Source: a bacterium (lineage in GTDB: Bacteria; Bacillota; Clostridia; Oscillospirales; Acutalibacteraceae). Taken from it: a stretch of DNA of 64,000 bases. Below the pieces are notes generated by a model that was not told the origin of the DNA, did not search any database, and worked only from the letters and a program-made list of their open reading frames with translations. The position numbers and the translations under genes were made by a program. The stretch is taken from positions 20,903 through 84,902 of the forward strand of contig JAHLAX010000005.1 in NCBI GenBank assembly GCA_020625875.1, read 5' to 3'. Position 1 is the first letter of the stretch. Every line of letters starts with the position of its first letter. Below, piece after piece: positions 29,583-40,179 of the stretch.

Positions 29583-30569
29583 ATGGATTTATCTGTTATT
29601 ATTATTTCCTATAATGAAGCTGATTTTATTGAGCGCGCGTTAAAAAGCTGTTTGGATCAAGATTGTCAGTACAAGTTCGAAATCATAATTGCTGATGACG
29701 GCTCTACGGATGATAGTAAAACAATCATTGAGACAAACATTCAAAAAAATCCTAATAGTATTAAATCTTTTTTTGCAAACAGAGATGATGGGGTTTTTAT
29801 TCCTTCAATAAGAGTATCTAATAATATAAAAAGAGCATTGGCTATTACTAGAGGAAAGTATATTGTTTGCTTATCAGCTGATGATTATTTTTCCAATAAT
29901 TCTGTTTTTAAGGAAGCAATTGATTTTTTGGATAATTCTCCAAAATATGGAGCGGCTTTTTTTGATTTTAGAAGAGTGTATTCAAATCAAAAGTTTGAGC
30001 AGAATACATATAATCATTTTCCGATAAGAAGCTTAATGCTTTCAAAAGGCGCATATTATTCGCATATATCAACTTTCTTTTTCAGAAAAGAAGTTTATCT
30101 AAATAACTGTTTGTTGGATAGGTTTTGCGACGATTTAGGAATGCTATATTCAATTTGTTATTATGGTAAGGTAAAGCATATAAAAAAACAGGGTTTTGAT
30201 TATGTGCAAAGAGAAAACAGCATCATGCATAGCCAGGATGTTGCAGAGATTTGTATTGCAGATGTAATGATTATACAGGATGTTTTTAATAAAGGGAAAC
30301 ATAGAATTAAGTTTCTATCCCGTTTTTATACTTCTTTAATTGCTCTATTTAATAATAGACATAATTTGGATAATCAAAAGTATGACAAATACTTTGCAGA
30401 TTCATGCTTGTATGCCCATGATTTACTTAGTTTAATAAAAGACTACGATGTTATTGAAAAAAAGAAAAGAATACAATTGAGAGGTATCTTTTTTATATCA
30501 AAAGTAGCAAGATTGTACTATGGTATAATAAAAAAAGCTTCTGATATAATATATTCTCTTTGTAATTAG
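29583..30569 (+). CDS. Glycosyltransferase family 2
   Basis: LSVIIISYN, ADDGSTD, LSADDY. Confidence 0.88.
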   Translation: MDLSVIIISYNEADFIERALKSCLDQDCQYKFEIIIADDGSTDDSKTIIETNIQKNPNSIKSFFANRDDGVFIPSIRVSNNIKRALAITRGKYIVCLSADDYFSNNSVFKEAIDFLDNSPKYGAAFFDFRRVYSNQKFEQNTYNHFPIRSLMLSKGAYYSHISTFFFRKEVYLNNCLLDRFCDDLGMLYSICYYGKVKHIKKQGFDYVQRENSIMHSQDVAEICIADVMIIQDVFNKGKHRIKFLSRFYTSLIALFNNRHNLDNQKYDKYFADSCLYAHDLLSLIKDYDVIEKKKRIQLRGIFFISKVARLYYGIIKKASDIIYSLCN

Positions 30570-30672
30570 CTTTTTAAAATAGGTTTTTATCAGTTCGTTC
30601 TTACATGAACTTATAGAAAAACCAATTAGCAAATTACTTAGAAAAAAGAAGATTATATAAGGAGTACGGCTT

Positions 30673-31773
30673 ATGAAAGTTCCTTTCGTTTCATTTGAAA
30701 CAATGCACAATGAAATAAGACAAGAACTCGACAACGCATACAAGGGTGTGATGGACAGCAATTATTTTATTCAAGGACAAGCCTGCGCTAAGTTTGAGCA
30801 GGAGTTTGCTGATTATTGCGGAGTGAAGTATTGTGTTGGCGTTGGAAACGGACTCGACGCTTTGATGTTGATTCTCAGAGCGCTTTATATTGGCGCGGGT
30901 GACGAGGTGATTGTTCCCTCAAATACATATATTGCTACCGCATTGGCAGTTTCATATATTGGTGCAACACCGATATTTGTTGAATCTGAGATTGATACAT
31001 ATAATATAAATCCTGATTTGATTGAGGAAAAGATTACCGATAACACTAAAGCTATTATGGCAGTCCATCTTCAAGGCAGACCTGCCGATATTGATAGGAT
31101 TAACGCAATTGCAGAAAAATACAACCTCAAGGTTATTGAGGATGCAGCTCAGGCCCACGGTGCAAGATATAAAGGTAAAAGAGTCGGCTCACTTGGATGC
31201 GCGGCTGGATTCAGTTTTTATCCTGGAAAGAATCTCGGCGCTTTAGGCGACGGTGGTTGTGTTACAACAAATGATAAGGAAATTGCGGATAAGGTAAGAG
31301 CTCTCGGCAACTATGGTTCCGACTATAAATATCACCATATTTATAAAGGCTGCAACAGCCGTCTTGATGAAATGCAGGCAGCTTTACTTTCGGTGAAACT
31401 AAAAAGCTTAGATAAATGGAACAATGAGCGTAGAAGGATTGCCAAGAGATATCTTAGCGAAATCAATAATCCTCTGATAAAACTTCCAAAAGCAAGTGAC
31501 AACGAGTATGAACATGTATATCATGTTTTTGTTATTCGTTGTGGAGAACGTGATAGGTTAGAAAAATATCTTAATGATAATGGTATCGGAACCTTGAAAC
31601 ACTATCCTATCCCAATGCATTTACAAGGTGCATATAAGGATTTAGGGTTAAAAGAAGGCGATTTGCCGATAGCAGAAGAAATAAGTAAGACGGTTCTTAG
31701 CATACCGATGTATTATGGGATGACAGAGATGCAGATTAAATACGTTATAGATATAATTAATTCATTTAGGTGA
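30673..31773 (+). CDS. DegT/DnrJ sugar aminotransferase (FdtB/QdtB-like)
   Basis: [42 protein letters not shown]. Confidence 0.93.
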   Translation: MKVPFVSFETMHNEIRQELDNAYKGVMDSNYFIQGQACAKFEQEFADYCGVKYCVGVGNGLDALMLILRALYIGAGDEVIVPSNTYIATALAVSYIGATPIFVESEIDTYNINPDLIEEKITDNTKAIMAVHLQGRPADIDRINAIAEKYNLKVIEDAAQAHGARYKGKRVGSLGCAAGFSFYPGKNLGALGDGGCVTTNDKEIADKVRALGNYGSDYKYHHIYKGCNSRLDEMQAALLSVKLKSLDKWNNERRRIAKRYLSEINNPLIKLPKASDNEYEHVYHVFVIRCGERDRLEKYLNDNGIGTLKHYPIPMHLQGAYKDLGLKEGDLPIAEEISKTVLSIPMYYGMTEMQIKYVIDIINSFR

Positions 31774-31776
31774 AGA

Positions 31777-32280
31777 ATGGAACATAATTATTCAGTCAAG
31801 AACAAAAATATTTTATTAAGACCATTGTACGAAAAGGATATCGAATTATTAAGGAACTGGCGAAACGATAAAAACAATGCACGGTTTTTAAGACAAATCC
31901 CTTTTATTACTCATGAAGCACAAAAACAGTGGTATGAAAAGTACTTAAATAATAATGATGAGATATGCTTTGCAATCGAAGAGCGCGAAGAGCTTAATCG
32001 TCTTGTCGGGAGTCTATCGTTATACAATTTCAAAGGGGATACTGCGGAATTTGGAAAGATTCTGATTGGAGATAAAGAAGCTCACGGAAGAAAGATTGGG
32101 TATAATGCCACGGTTGCAGCTTTGAAAATTGCCTTTGACGACTTAAATCTCAAAAGAGTTGTCTTGGAAGTGTATGAGAATAATTTAGCTGCTAAAAGAA
32201 TATATGAAAAAACAGGATTTATCTTTAAAGGTGTTTTAAGAGAAGATGAAATTGGGAAAGTGCTTTTTTATTATAAATAG
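31777..32280 (+). CDS. GNAT N-acyltransferase, probably acting on the 3-amino sugar
   Basis: LRNWRND, AEFGKILIG, HGRKIG, N..AKRIYEKTGF. Confidence 0.82.
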   Translation: MEHNYSVKNKNILLRPLYEKDIELLRNWRNDKNNARFLRQIPFITHEAQKQWYEKYLNNNDEICFAIEEREELNRLVGSLSLYNFKGDTAEFGKILIGDKEAHGRKIGYNATVAALKIAFDDLNLKRVVLEVYENNLAAKRIYEKTGFIFKGVLREDEIGKVLFYYK

Positions 32281-32428
32281 TAAAACTACTAGGTTAGTAG
32301 TAGTTTGAACATTCTTTTAATTTTGTAAAACTCTGTTAGGATAATAGATAATCTATTGATTAATTTATTGTCTTTTCAATAGCTTTGAAATGATATTCGA
32401 TTAAATGTTCTTGAAAGGAAAAAGAATT

Positions 32429-33721
32429 ATGAACTCATTCCTAGATTTTATAAAAGCAAAACTATATTATAATATTAGTTATGATAAGGCGATGGCGCTA
32501 CATTTAACGGTAGATAAACTAAGAGGTAAAGAACAGTGCTATCAGCAGGACAGGAAAATAGTTCATAAAGGCAATGAGAAAATTGTAGTTGTTTTTTGCG
32601 GTCAAATGCCATCTCTTTGGAGTGGATTGAGATCTGTGTATGAATCAGCATTAAAAAATGAAAATCTAAATGTTTATTTGTTAGCATTGCCTGAAAAAAA
32701 AGGCTTTGACGACGAACTCTGGAAAGAAGAGTATCAAGATAATAAGGAGTTTGTTTTTTTGAAAAGTCTAGGCTATGATGTAATCGATGCCTATAAAGAC
32801 AATAAATGGTTTCCATTAGAAACACTTAACCCTGATTTTGTGTTTTTAGAAAGACCTTATGATATTCAAATCCCACCTGTGTATCGCAGCAGTGTGATCA
32901 AATCATTTACAAGAGTATGTTATGTTCCGTATTCCTACTCTCTTACACCATGGACTAATAGAACTATTTATAATTTAGAGTTTTTATTAAACACAGATTT
33001 AGTGTTCTGCGAAAATAAAAATATAGCCCAAACTATCAATCGGATATTTAAAACGTATAAGTTTGCCGATAAAAAAGCATTTGGGTTTGGCTTTTCACGA
33101 TTTGATAGGTATAAAACTGAAAAATATATATTTGAAAAAAATTTTGAAAAAACGGTGCTTTGGATGCCAAGATGGTCGTTAAATGCAGATATTGAGTCTA
33201 CTACTTTTTTTATGTATAGCAAAACAATAATAGATTTCTTTTTGTCAAATAAGAATATTCGCTTAATTTGTAGACCACATCCATATATGTTACGTTATTT
33301 TATTGAGTCTAAACTAATGACACAAGAAGAGCAAAATGATTTCTTAAGCTTATTTGAAAAAAACAAGAATTTTTATCTTGATCAGGATGGAGATTATTTT
33401 TATTCATTAAGGGAAGCTGATATAGTTATTTCTGATTACACATCTTTAGTTACAGAAATATTATTACAAGAAAAGCCTATATTATATTGTGGAAAAAGGC
33501 CGCGTTTTTTAAAAGAATTGCAAGGAATAGACAAATGCCTTTATTATATTGAAGATAATAATGAGTTGATTAATTATTTAGAAACTCTATTATCTGGAGA
33601 TAATCCGAAAATTATGGATATAAAAAGTTTTTCCAATAGCATTTTAAAATGTGAAGATACAATTGCGGGAGAGAGAATAGTAGACGCTATTGTAGATTAT
33701 TATAACAATAATAACAGATAG
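32429..33721 (+). CDS. CDP-glycerol glycerophosphotransferase (TagF-like) family protein
   Basis: YVPY, GFSRFD, VLWMPRW, RPHP, ISDYTSL. Confidence 0.8.
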   Translation: MNSFLDFIKAKLYYNISYDKAMALHLTVDKLRGKEQCYQQDRKIVHKGNEKIVVVFCGQMPSLWSGLRSVYESALKNENLNVYLLALPEKKGFDDELWKEEYQDNKEFVFLKSLGYDVIDAYKDNKWFPLETLNPDFVFLERPYDIQIPPVYRSSVIKSFTRVCYVPYSYSLTPWTNRTIYNLEFLLNTDLVFCENKNIAQTINRIFKTYKFADKKAFGFGFSRFDRYKTEKYIFEKNFEKTVLWMPRWSLNADIESTTFFMYSKTIIDFFLSNKNIRLICRPHPYMLRYFIESKLMTQEEQNDFLSLFEKNKNFYLDQDGDYFYSLREADIVISDYTSLVTEILLQEKPILYCGKRPRFLKELQGIDKCLYYIEDNNELINYLETLLSGDNPKIMDIKSFSNSILKCEDTIAGERIVDAIVDYYNNNNR

Positions 33722-33745
33722 TATATATTGTTTTATGAGGTAGCT

Positions 33746-34627
33746 ATGAAAGGCATTATTTTAGCAGGAGGGTCTGGAACCAGGCTCTATCCGCTGACGA
33801 CAGTTACAAGTAAACAACTTTTACCCGTATATGACAAGCCGATGATTTATTATCCGATGTCGGTTTTGATGGATGCGGGAATCAGAGAGATTCTGATTAT
33901 CTCAACCCCCGAGGACACTCCTCGTTTCAGGGAGCTTTTCGGCGATGGCAGCCAGTTTGGTCTGGATCTATCATATGCTGTTCAGCCGAGTCCCGACGGA
34001 CTTGCTCAAGCGTTCATTATAGGTGCGGATTTTATCGGTGATGACAGTGTTGCTATGGTGCTGGGCGATAATATTTTTGCCGGGCACGGGCTGAAAAAAC
34101 GCTTAAGGAATGCGGCTTCGCAGGAGAGCGGAGCGACGGTTTTCGGTTACTATGTTGACGATCCCGAGCGTTTTGGAATAGTTGAGTTTGACAAGAACGG
34201 AAAGGCGATTTCTATTGAGGAAAAGCCCGCTCATCCGAAAACGAATTACTGCGTTACAGGCTTGTACTTCTATGACAACAGGGTTGTTGAATACGCCAAG
34301 AATCTGAAACCTTCAGCCCGCGGCGAGCTTGAAATCACCGACCTCAACCGTATATATCTCGAGAACGGAGAACTCAATGTTGAACTTCTCGGACAGGGAT
34401 TCACCTGGCTCGATACAGGCACTCACGATTCGCTAGTTGACGCGACAAACTTTGTTTATACAATGGAAAAGCACCAGCACCGCAAGATTGCGTGCCTTGA
34501 AGAAATCGCCTATCTGAACGGCTGGATTGATAAAGAACAAATTATGAAGTCCTATGAAGTGCTCAAGAAAAACCAGTACGGTGAGTACCTCAAAGACGTT
34601 ATAGATGGAAAATACATAGATGTATAA
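33746..34627 (+). CDS. rmlA: Glucose-1-phosphate thymidylyltransferase
   Basis: [44 protein letters not shown]. Confidence 0.97.
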   Translation: MKGIILAGGSGTRLYPLTTVTSKQLLPVYDKPMIYYPMSVLMDAGIREILIISTPEDTPRFRELFGDGSQFGLDLSYAVQPSPDGLAQAFIIGADFIGDDSVAMVLGDNIFAGHGLKKRLRNAASQESGATVFGYYVDDPERFGIVEFDKNGKAISIEEKPAHPKTNYCVTGLYFYDNRVVEYAKNLKPSARGELEITDLNRIYLENGELNVELLGQGFTWLDTGTHDSLVDATNFVYTMEKHQHRKIACLEEIAYLNGWIDKEQIMKSYEVLKKNQYGEYLKDVIDGKYIDV

Positions 34628-34735
34628 AATTCGATGAACCTATCCTCTTTATCCAAAACTTCCTATGATTTCATATGTACGGAGGATAGCATATTTTAGA
34701 AAGGAACGTCCACGCTTGACGTGGATATTTATAAA

Positions 34736-35755
34736 ATGAATATTATTGTTACCGGTGGAGCGGGCTTTATCGGCTCCAACTTCATATTTCATATGCTCAA
34801 AAAATATCCTGATTACAGGATTATATGCCTTGATTGTTTGACTTACGCGGGGAACCTTTCGACTTTGAAGCCCGTTATGGACAATCCGAACTTCCGCTTC
34901 GTTAAGGAGAGCATCACTGACCGTGAGGCTGTTTATAAACTCTTTGAGGAAGAACATCCCGATATAGTAGTCAACTTTGCGGCGGAGAGCCATGTTGACC
35001 GCTCAATCGAGAATCCCGAAATCTTCTTACAGACTAATATCCTCGGCACTCAGGTGTTGATGGATGCGTGCAGAAAGTACGGAATCAAGCGCTATCATCA
35101 GGTGAGCACGGACGAGGTTTACGGCGACTTGCCGCTCGACCGTCCCGACTTATTCTTTACCGAGGAAACGCCGATTCACACAAGCAGCCCTTACAGCTCA
35201 TCAAAGGCTGGCGCTGACTTGCTTGTGCTTGCTTATCACAGAACCTACGGACTGCCTGTTACAATCAGCCGTTGCTCCAACAACTACGGCCCGTATCACT
35301 TCCCCGAGAAGCTGATTCCGCTTATGATTGCGAACGCGCTTGCGGACAAGCCTCTGCCAGTTTACGGCAAGGGTGAAAACGTGCGCGACTGGCTGTACGT
35401 TGAGGATCACTGCAAGGCGATTGACCTGATTATCCACAACGGCAGGGTAGGAGAGGTCTACAATGTCGGCGGCCACAACGAGATGGCTAATATCGACATA
35501 GTTAAGCTGATTTGCAAGGAACTTAATAAGCCCGAGAGCTTGATTACATACGTTACCGACCGCAAAGGTCACGACCTTCGCTACGCAATCGACCCGACTA
35601 AGATTCATAACGAACTCGGCTGGCTGCCTGAGACTAAGTTCGAGGACGGTATAAAGAAAACAATTAAGTGGTACCTCGATAATAAAGACTGGTGGCAGGA
35701 GATCATCAGTGGCGAGTATCAGAATTATTACGAGAAGATGTATGGGGATAGATAA
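34736..35755 (+). CDS. rmlB: dTDP-glucose 4,6-dehydratase
   Basis: TGGAGFIGSNF, NFAAESHVDRS, VSTDEVYG, YSSSK; start is ATG 34736 or GTG 34721. Confidence 0.97.
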   Translation: MNIIVTGGAGFIGSNFIFHMLKKYPDYRIICLDCLTYAGNLSTLKPVMDNPNFRFVKESITDREAVYKLFEEEHPDIVVNFAAESHVDRSIENPEIFLQTNILGTQVLMDACRKYGIKRYHQVSTDEVYGDLPLDRPDLFFTEETPIHTSSPYSSSKAGADLLVLAYHRTYGLPVTISRCSNNYGPYHFPEKLIPLMIANALADKPLPVYGKGENVRDWLYVEDHCKAIDLIIHNGRVGEVYNVGGHNEMANIDIVKLICKELNKPESLITYVTDRKGHDLRYAIDPTKIHNELGWLPETKFEDGIKKTIKWYLDNKDWWQEIISGEYQNYYEKMYGDR

Positions 35756-36630
35756 TGAAAGTTTTAGTAACCGGATATAAAGGTCAGCTCGGCTTTGATG
35801 TAGTAAAAGAACTAACTAAGCAAGGTGATATTCCTGTTGCTGTTGATATTGAAGAAATGGATATAACTGATGCTGAAGCTGTTGAGAGCTATATAAGTCG
35901 CTCCGGAGTAGAAGCAGTTGTTCATTGTGCCGCTTACACTGCGGTTGATAATGCCGAAGATAATGTTGAGCTTTGTAGAAGAATTAATCGTGACGGTACG
36001 AAGAATATAGCTGACGCTTGTAAAAAGCATAATCTTAAAATGATTTATATCAGCACAGATTATGTTTTTAACGGCGAAGGCGATACACCTTGGAAGCCTG
36101 ACGACAAGCGAGAACCGCTCAATGCTTACGGACAGACAAAGTATGAGGGTGAGCTGGCGGTAGAAAATACTCTTGATAAGTATTTTATTGTTCGTATATC
36201 ATGGGTGTTTGGTGTAAACGGCAAGAACTTTGTCCGCACTATGCTCAATCTCGGCAAAACTCACAACAAGTTGACAGTGGTTGCGGATCAGATAGGATCA
36301 CCGACATATACGGTTGATCTATCCAAATTGCTTGTTGATATGGTTCACAGCGATAAGTATGGTCGCTATCACGCGACAAATGAAGGGATATGCAGTTGGT
36401 ATGAATTCACGTGTGAGATAATGAAACAGGCGGTTGAGTATTATCCCGAATATGCAAATGTGATAGTGTCACCTGTAAGCAGCGACGCGTATCCCACAAA
36501 AGCAAAGCGTCCGTCAAACAGCCGTATGAGTAAGGATAAACTTGATGAAAACGGATTTGACAGGCTGCCGACTTGGCAGGATGCGTTAAGAAGATATTTA
36601 AAGGAACTACACGAGAATGAGCAATTTTAG
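35755..36630 (+). CDS. rmlD: dTDP-4-dehydrorhamnose reductase
   Basis: GYKGQLG, CAAYTAVD, ISTDYVF, YGQTK, DQIGSPT. Confidence 0.96.
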   Translation: MKVLVTGYKGQLGFDVVKELTKQGDIPVAVDIEEMDITDAEAVESYISRSGVEAVVHCAAYTAVDNAEDNVELCRRINRDGTKNIADACKKHNLKMIYISTDYVFNGEGDTPWKPDDKREPLNAYGQTKYEGELAVENTLDKYFIVRISWVFGVNGKNFVRTMLNLGKTHNKLTVVADQIGSPTYTVDLSKLLVDMVHSDKYGRYHATNEGICSWYEFTCEIMKQAVEYYPEYANVIVSPVSSDAYPTKAKRPSNSRMSKDKLDENGFDRLPTWQDALRRYLKELHENEQF

Positions 36631-37168
36631 TTTTTTGAAAACCGATATTGACGGCGTTATTATCGTTGAAACCAAGGTTTTCGGCGACAGTCGCGGCTAC
36701 TTTATGGAAACCTACCATGAGGATAAGTTCCGTGAGGGTGGCATTACCGCAAAGTTTGTTCAGGATAATCAGAGTAAATCTACAAAAGGTGTTTTACGCG
36801 GACTCCATTTTCAGAAAAAGCATCCGCAGGCTAAGCTCGTCAGAGTTATCAAGGGTGAAGTCTACGATGTAGCTGTTGACCTCAGAAAAGACAGCCCGAC
36901 ATATGGCAAGTACGTCGGAGCTATTCTAAGCGAAGAAAATAAAAAGCAGTTTTTTATTCCAAAAGGATTTGCTCACGGATTTCTCGTTCTTTCGGATGAA
37001 GCGGAGTTTACATATAAGTGTGACGATTTCTATCATCCCGAGGATGAGGGTGGATTGATGTGGAATGACCCCGAAATCGGAATTGACTGGCCGCTTGACG
37101 GCATAGATAATCTAAATCTTTCCGAGAAGGATATGAAAAATCCAAGCTTTGGAAGCTTTAGCTTCTGA
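36617..37168 (+). CDS. rmlC: dTDP-4-dehydrorhamnose 3,5-epimerase
   Basis: DSRGYF, VQDNQS, GVLRGLH, VAVDLR, GFAHGF. Confidence 0.97.
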   Translation: MSNFSFLKTDIDGVIIVETKVFGDSRGYFMETYHEDKFREGGITAKFVQDNQSKSTKGVLRGLHFQKKHPQAKLVRVIKGEVYDVAVDLRKDSPTYGKYVGAILSEENKKQFFIPKGFAHGFLVLSDEAEFTYKCDDFYHPEDEGGLMWNDPEIGIDWPLDGIDNLNLSEKDMKNPSFGSFSF

Positions 37169-37185
37169 ACACAAACAAGAATACT

Positions 37186-38376
37186 ATGAAAAAACAACTC
37201 AGCAACAACTTCATATACGGCATATACACTTGTCGTTTACTTAGCTCGGTGCTTAATCGTACCGAGCCGCTTGCTATGCCTGAAGGTATGACGCTCGAGG
37301 GGTTGTACGCCTATGAGAAGGAGCAGGACGTAACAAACATGGCGTATGTCGCTCTGCAAAAGCTCGGCTTTTCGGCGGATGAGTTAAAGAAATTTCAGGA
37401 CGACTACAAGCTCAACGTGCTCCGTGAGGCGCGGTTCGAGCTCGGCGGACAACAGGTGTTTGACGCGCTTGAAAAGGCTGAGATTCCGTTTTTGCCGCTA
37501 AAGGGCGCTATTCTTAAGAACCTTTATCCCAATCCCGCGCTCAGGACGTTTACCGATATTGATATCTATGTGGGGGATAGGCTCGACGATGCGGAGCAGA
37601 TTCTGTTCAAACTCGGCTACGAAAAGAAAACAGACTATGAAACAAACGATGTCGGCTATGTAAAAAAACCGTCCCTGCACATTGAGCTGCACAAGGACTT
37701 GTTTCCCGATGACTATGACTTTGAGGGATATTTTGACGAACCTTATAAACACACGGGTTTAAAAGAAGGGTACAAGTATTACCACCTGTACCGCAACGAC
37801 GACTTTTTTATTCACGTGCTGTGCCATTTGTATAAGCACTTTACATTTGGCGGCTGCGGGCTGAGGCAGTATCTTGATATATATGTAATGACGCAGAAGA
37901 TGCCGCTCGATATGGACTATATTCGCAAAGAGCTGAGAAGCTTTGGTATGGAGGGCTTCCTCGATACCACGCTGAAGCTTAACCGCTTCTTTTTTGACGG
38001 TGAAAAGCCTGACGACGAGCTGATTGAGATAGCGGAGTTTGTGTTCAACAACACAACCTTCGGCAGCGCGGAAAACCGCCTTGTGCTCGACTATGACAAA
38101 GGGCACGGCGAAAAGCGCACTTTGTGGGGGAATATCACGTATTTTGCCGATCGCTGGCAATTAAAATATTCGCAGATGAAACCGCGCTACAAAGTATTGA
38201 AATACCTGCCTTTTCTCTTGCCGTTTTGCTGGATTCACAGACTTTTCGCAGCGCTTATATTCAGGCGGGATACGATAAAAGCTTCAGTTAATGATGTCGG
38301 CAAAATGAATAGTGACTTTTCGGATTACGTGAATCATATAATGGAGATTTCGAACGCGAAGATAAAGAAGGAATAA
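37186..38376 (+). CDS. Nucleotidyltransferase family protein (NTP_transf_5-like)
   Basis: LPLKGAILK.LYP....R...DIDI, IELH, HLYKHF..GG.GLRQYLD. Confidence 0.82.
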   Translation: MKKQLSNNFIYGIYTCRLLSSVLNRTEPLAMPEGMTLEGLYAYEKEQDVTNMAYVALQKLGFSADELKKFQDDYKLNVLREARFELGGQQVFDALEKAEIPFLPLKGAILKNLYPNPALRTFTDIDIYVGDRLDDAEQILFKLGYEKKTDYETNDVGYVKKPSLHIELHKDLFPDDYDFEGYFDEPYKHTGLKEGYKYYHLYRNDDFFIHVLCHLYKHFTFGGCGLRQYLDIYVMTQKMPLDMDYIRKELRSFGMEGFLDTTLKLNRFFFDGEKPDDELIEIAEFVFNNTTFGSAENRLVLDYDKGHGEKRTLWGNITYFADRWQLKYSQMKPRYKVLKYLPFLLPFCWIHRLFAALIFRRDTIKASVNDVGKMNSDFSDYVNHIMEISNAKIKKE

Positions 38377-38377
38377 A

Positions 38378-38881
38378 ATGAACAGTATAGAATCTGAGCT
38401 TTTTGAAGAGTACAAATACGTGGACAAAATCTGTCGAGAGATGTATAACGCGGAAAAGGGCGTTGCTACTTACATAGAACAAATGGAAATGACTCCTATG
38501 TCTATGCGGTATAAGGTCGCGGGCTGGGACAATGACTACAAGCAGCTTAAGCACATCCGCTGGGTGAGGAATCAGCTTGCTCATGAGACCGGCTATGTGG
38601 AGTGTACTCAGGTTGATGTTGATTGGCTGCGGAACTTTCACAGCCGATTGCTCAATCAAACTGACCCGCTAGCTATAGTAGAACAGCTTAAACGTGGAGC
38701 GCAAGCTGCCAGAGTTAAACCTAATTCTAGTAAAACTATTCCGACGGTTACTCCGACAGATTATACCAATAATACCAAACCAAAGAGAATAGCCTTACCT
38801 GTTGCAATAGCGGTTGCGTGCGTGGCAGCGGCAGCGGCGCTGATGGTTTTATTGTTTTGGATTATGAATAATCCGATTTGA
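38378..38881 (+). CDS. Hypothetical protein with a HEPN-like RNxxAH motif and a C-terminal TM helix
   Basis: IRWVRNQLAHE; hydrophobic IALPVAIAVACVAAAAALMVLLFWI tail; starts 1 nt after the NTase stop. Confidence 0.6.
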   Translation: MNSIESELFEEYKYVDKICREMYNAEKGVATYIEQMEMTPMSMRYKVAGWDNDYKQLKHIRWVRNQLAHETGYVECTQVDVDWLRNFHSRLLNQTDPLAIVEQLKRGAQAARVKPNSSKTIPTVTPTDYTNNTKPKRIALPVAIAVACVAAAAALMVLLFWIMNNPI

Positions 38882-39003
38882 TGCGCGTTTGATAATGAGT
38901 GTTTTTCAACAGTAGGAGGAAAAGCATAGAACAGTATTATATGAGTTTAATTGTTCATTATCTTCAGTAGAAAAATATCACGATAAAAAACAACAAGGAG
39001 CTC

Positions 39004-39648
39004 ATGATGAAGAAAAATGAATTGAGCAATTTTATACGTAGTTACTGGGATTATTATTTAGAATTGGAAGATCAGTTCAAAAATACTAGTAAGTATGTTG
39101 CTTTTGATTTGCATAATAAAAATACATATTCAATTGAATATCTTAAACTTCTTCAAGCTGTTTGTAGTGAAATCGATGTAGTGGCAAAAGAAATTGCAGT
39201 TAGGTTAGAACCCTCATTTAAAGTGAATAAACAAACTAATATACAAAAATGGGGATACGTTCTACAAAACAAATTGCCGGAAATTCTTACTCAGAAAGTA
39301 GTATTTTATCATGAGCAAATTGTTTTCCCCTGGGACAACTGGATATATGAACAATATTATGATTCTAATCATTATTTGAGATATAGGCTCAAAGATGGTG
39401 CGAAAACACCTAAATGGTGGATTGCTTATAATTCCGTTAAGCATTCTCGGACAAAACTAGGGGAGAATGGGATTATCAATTTCAGTAAAGCAAATCTGGG
39501 TAACTTATTATATTGTTACGCTGCATTATTTGTCCTTGAATCTGCGTATATGTTTAAACTATCGGAACAACAATTTCCTTTATGTGGAATCCGGGACAGT
39601 CAATTGTTTCAAATCTATAATGAGAGTTTTAGCAATCTTATTTACTAG
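39004..39648 (+). CDS. Hypothetical protein with a possible HEPN-like YNxxKH motif
   Basis: aaggag RBS; YWDYYLELE, CSEIDVV, WWIAYNSVKHSR; AT-rich. Confidence 0.6.
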   Translation: MMKKNELSNFIRSYWDYYLELEDQFKNTSKYVAFDLHNKNTYSIEYLKLLQAVCSEIDVVAKEIAVRLEPSFKVNKQTNIQKWGYVLQNKLPEILTQKVVFYHEQIVFPWDNWIYEQYYDSNHYLRYRLKDGAKTPKWWIAYNSVKHSRTKLGENGIINFSKANLGNLLYCYAALFVLESAYMFKLSEQQFPLCGIRDSQLFQIYNESFSNLIY

Positions 39649-39830
39649 TTTCAGGAGATAATTAAATAAATCCGTTGAATTCTACTCATAGTAATTCTGT
39701 GTAAAAAGTGTAAGATAACTTGTACGTTCTGAAAAAAACATGATATAATACTATTGATATCAAAAAACAATATGTTTTTGTACGTGGGGGCGTTGCGACG
39801 TCTCCATAGTTTTTATATAGACAAATATTC

Positions 39831-39872
39831 TACAACAGCCACCGTATATTAGATTGCACGGTGGCTGTTGTA
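39831..39872. repeat. Perfect 15-bp inverted repeat
   Basis: tacaacagccaccgt ... acggtggctgttgta. Confidence 0.9.
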
Positions 39873-39952
39873 ACGTGTAATATTTGCCCAACTTATTAAA
39901 GTTTCGTAACCATCAAATAAACCACCGTAACAGAATTGTTATATTCTATAAT

Positions 39953-40002
39953 AAAAACAGCAGATTTGAGAAACTAATACTATTTCTCTATCTGCTGTTT
40001 TT
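39953..40002. terminator. Long hairpin, possible bidirectional terminator
   Basis: aaaaacagcagat ... atctgctgttttt with an inner gagaaa/tttctc stem. Confidence 0.65.
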
Positions 40003-40129
40003 GCATATTTAGTTAAAGATTATTTATTCACTGAAGAACCGTTTAGTTCGGTTTGTGGAACGTGAAATTTAGACTGCTATAGCTGTTTTGATGCGTATTT
40101 ATTAACCCCTTACTGATAAATTGACAGTT

Positions 40130-40179
40130 GCTAAAAGCCCTCAAAGCCGCATTATAAGTAGGCTTAAGGGCTTTTTAGC
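40130..40179. repeat. Nested inverted repeat near the spoVT breakpoint
   Basis: gctaaaagccct-c-aaagcc-gcattataagta-ggctt-aagggctttttagc. Confidence 0.75.

Noticed and set aside
37186-38376. Nucleotidyltransferase as a CBASS CD-NTase or part of a lasso-peptide cluster
   Set aside because: The motifs fit NTP_transf_5 (LKG...DID); there are no Cap genes, PqqD, lasso cyclase or precursor nearby.
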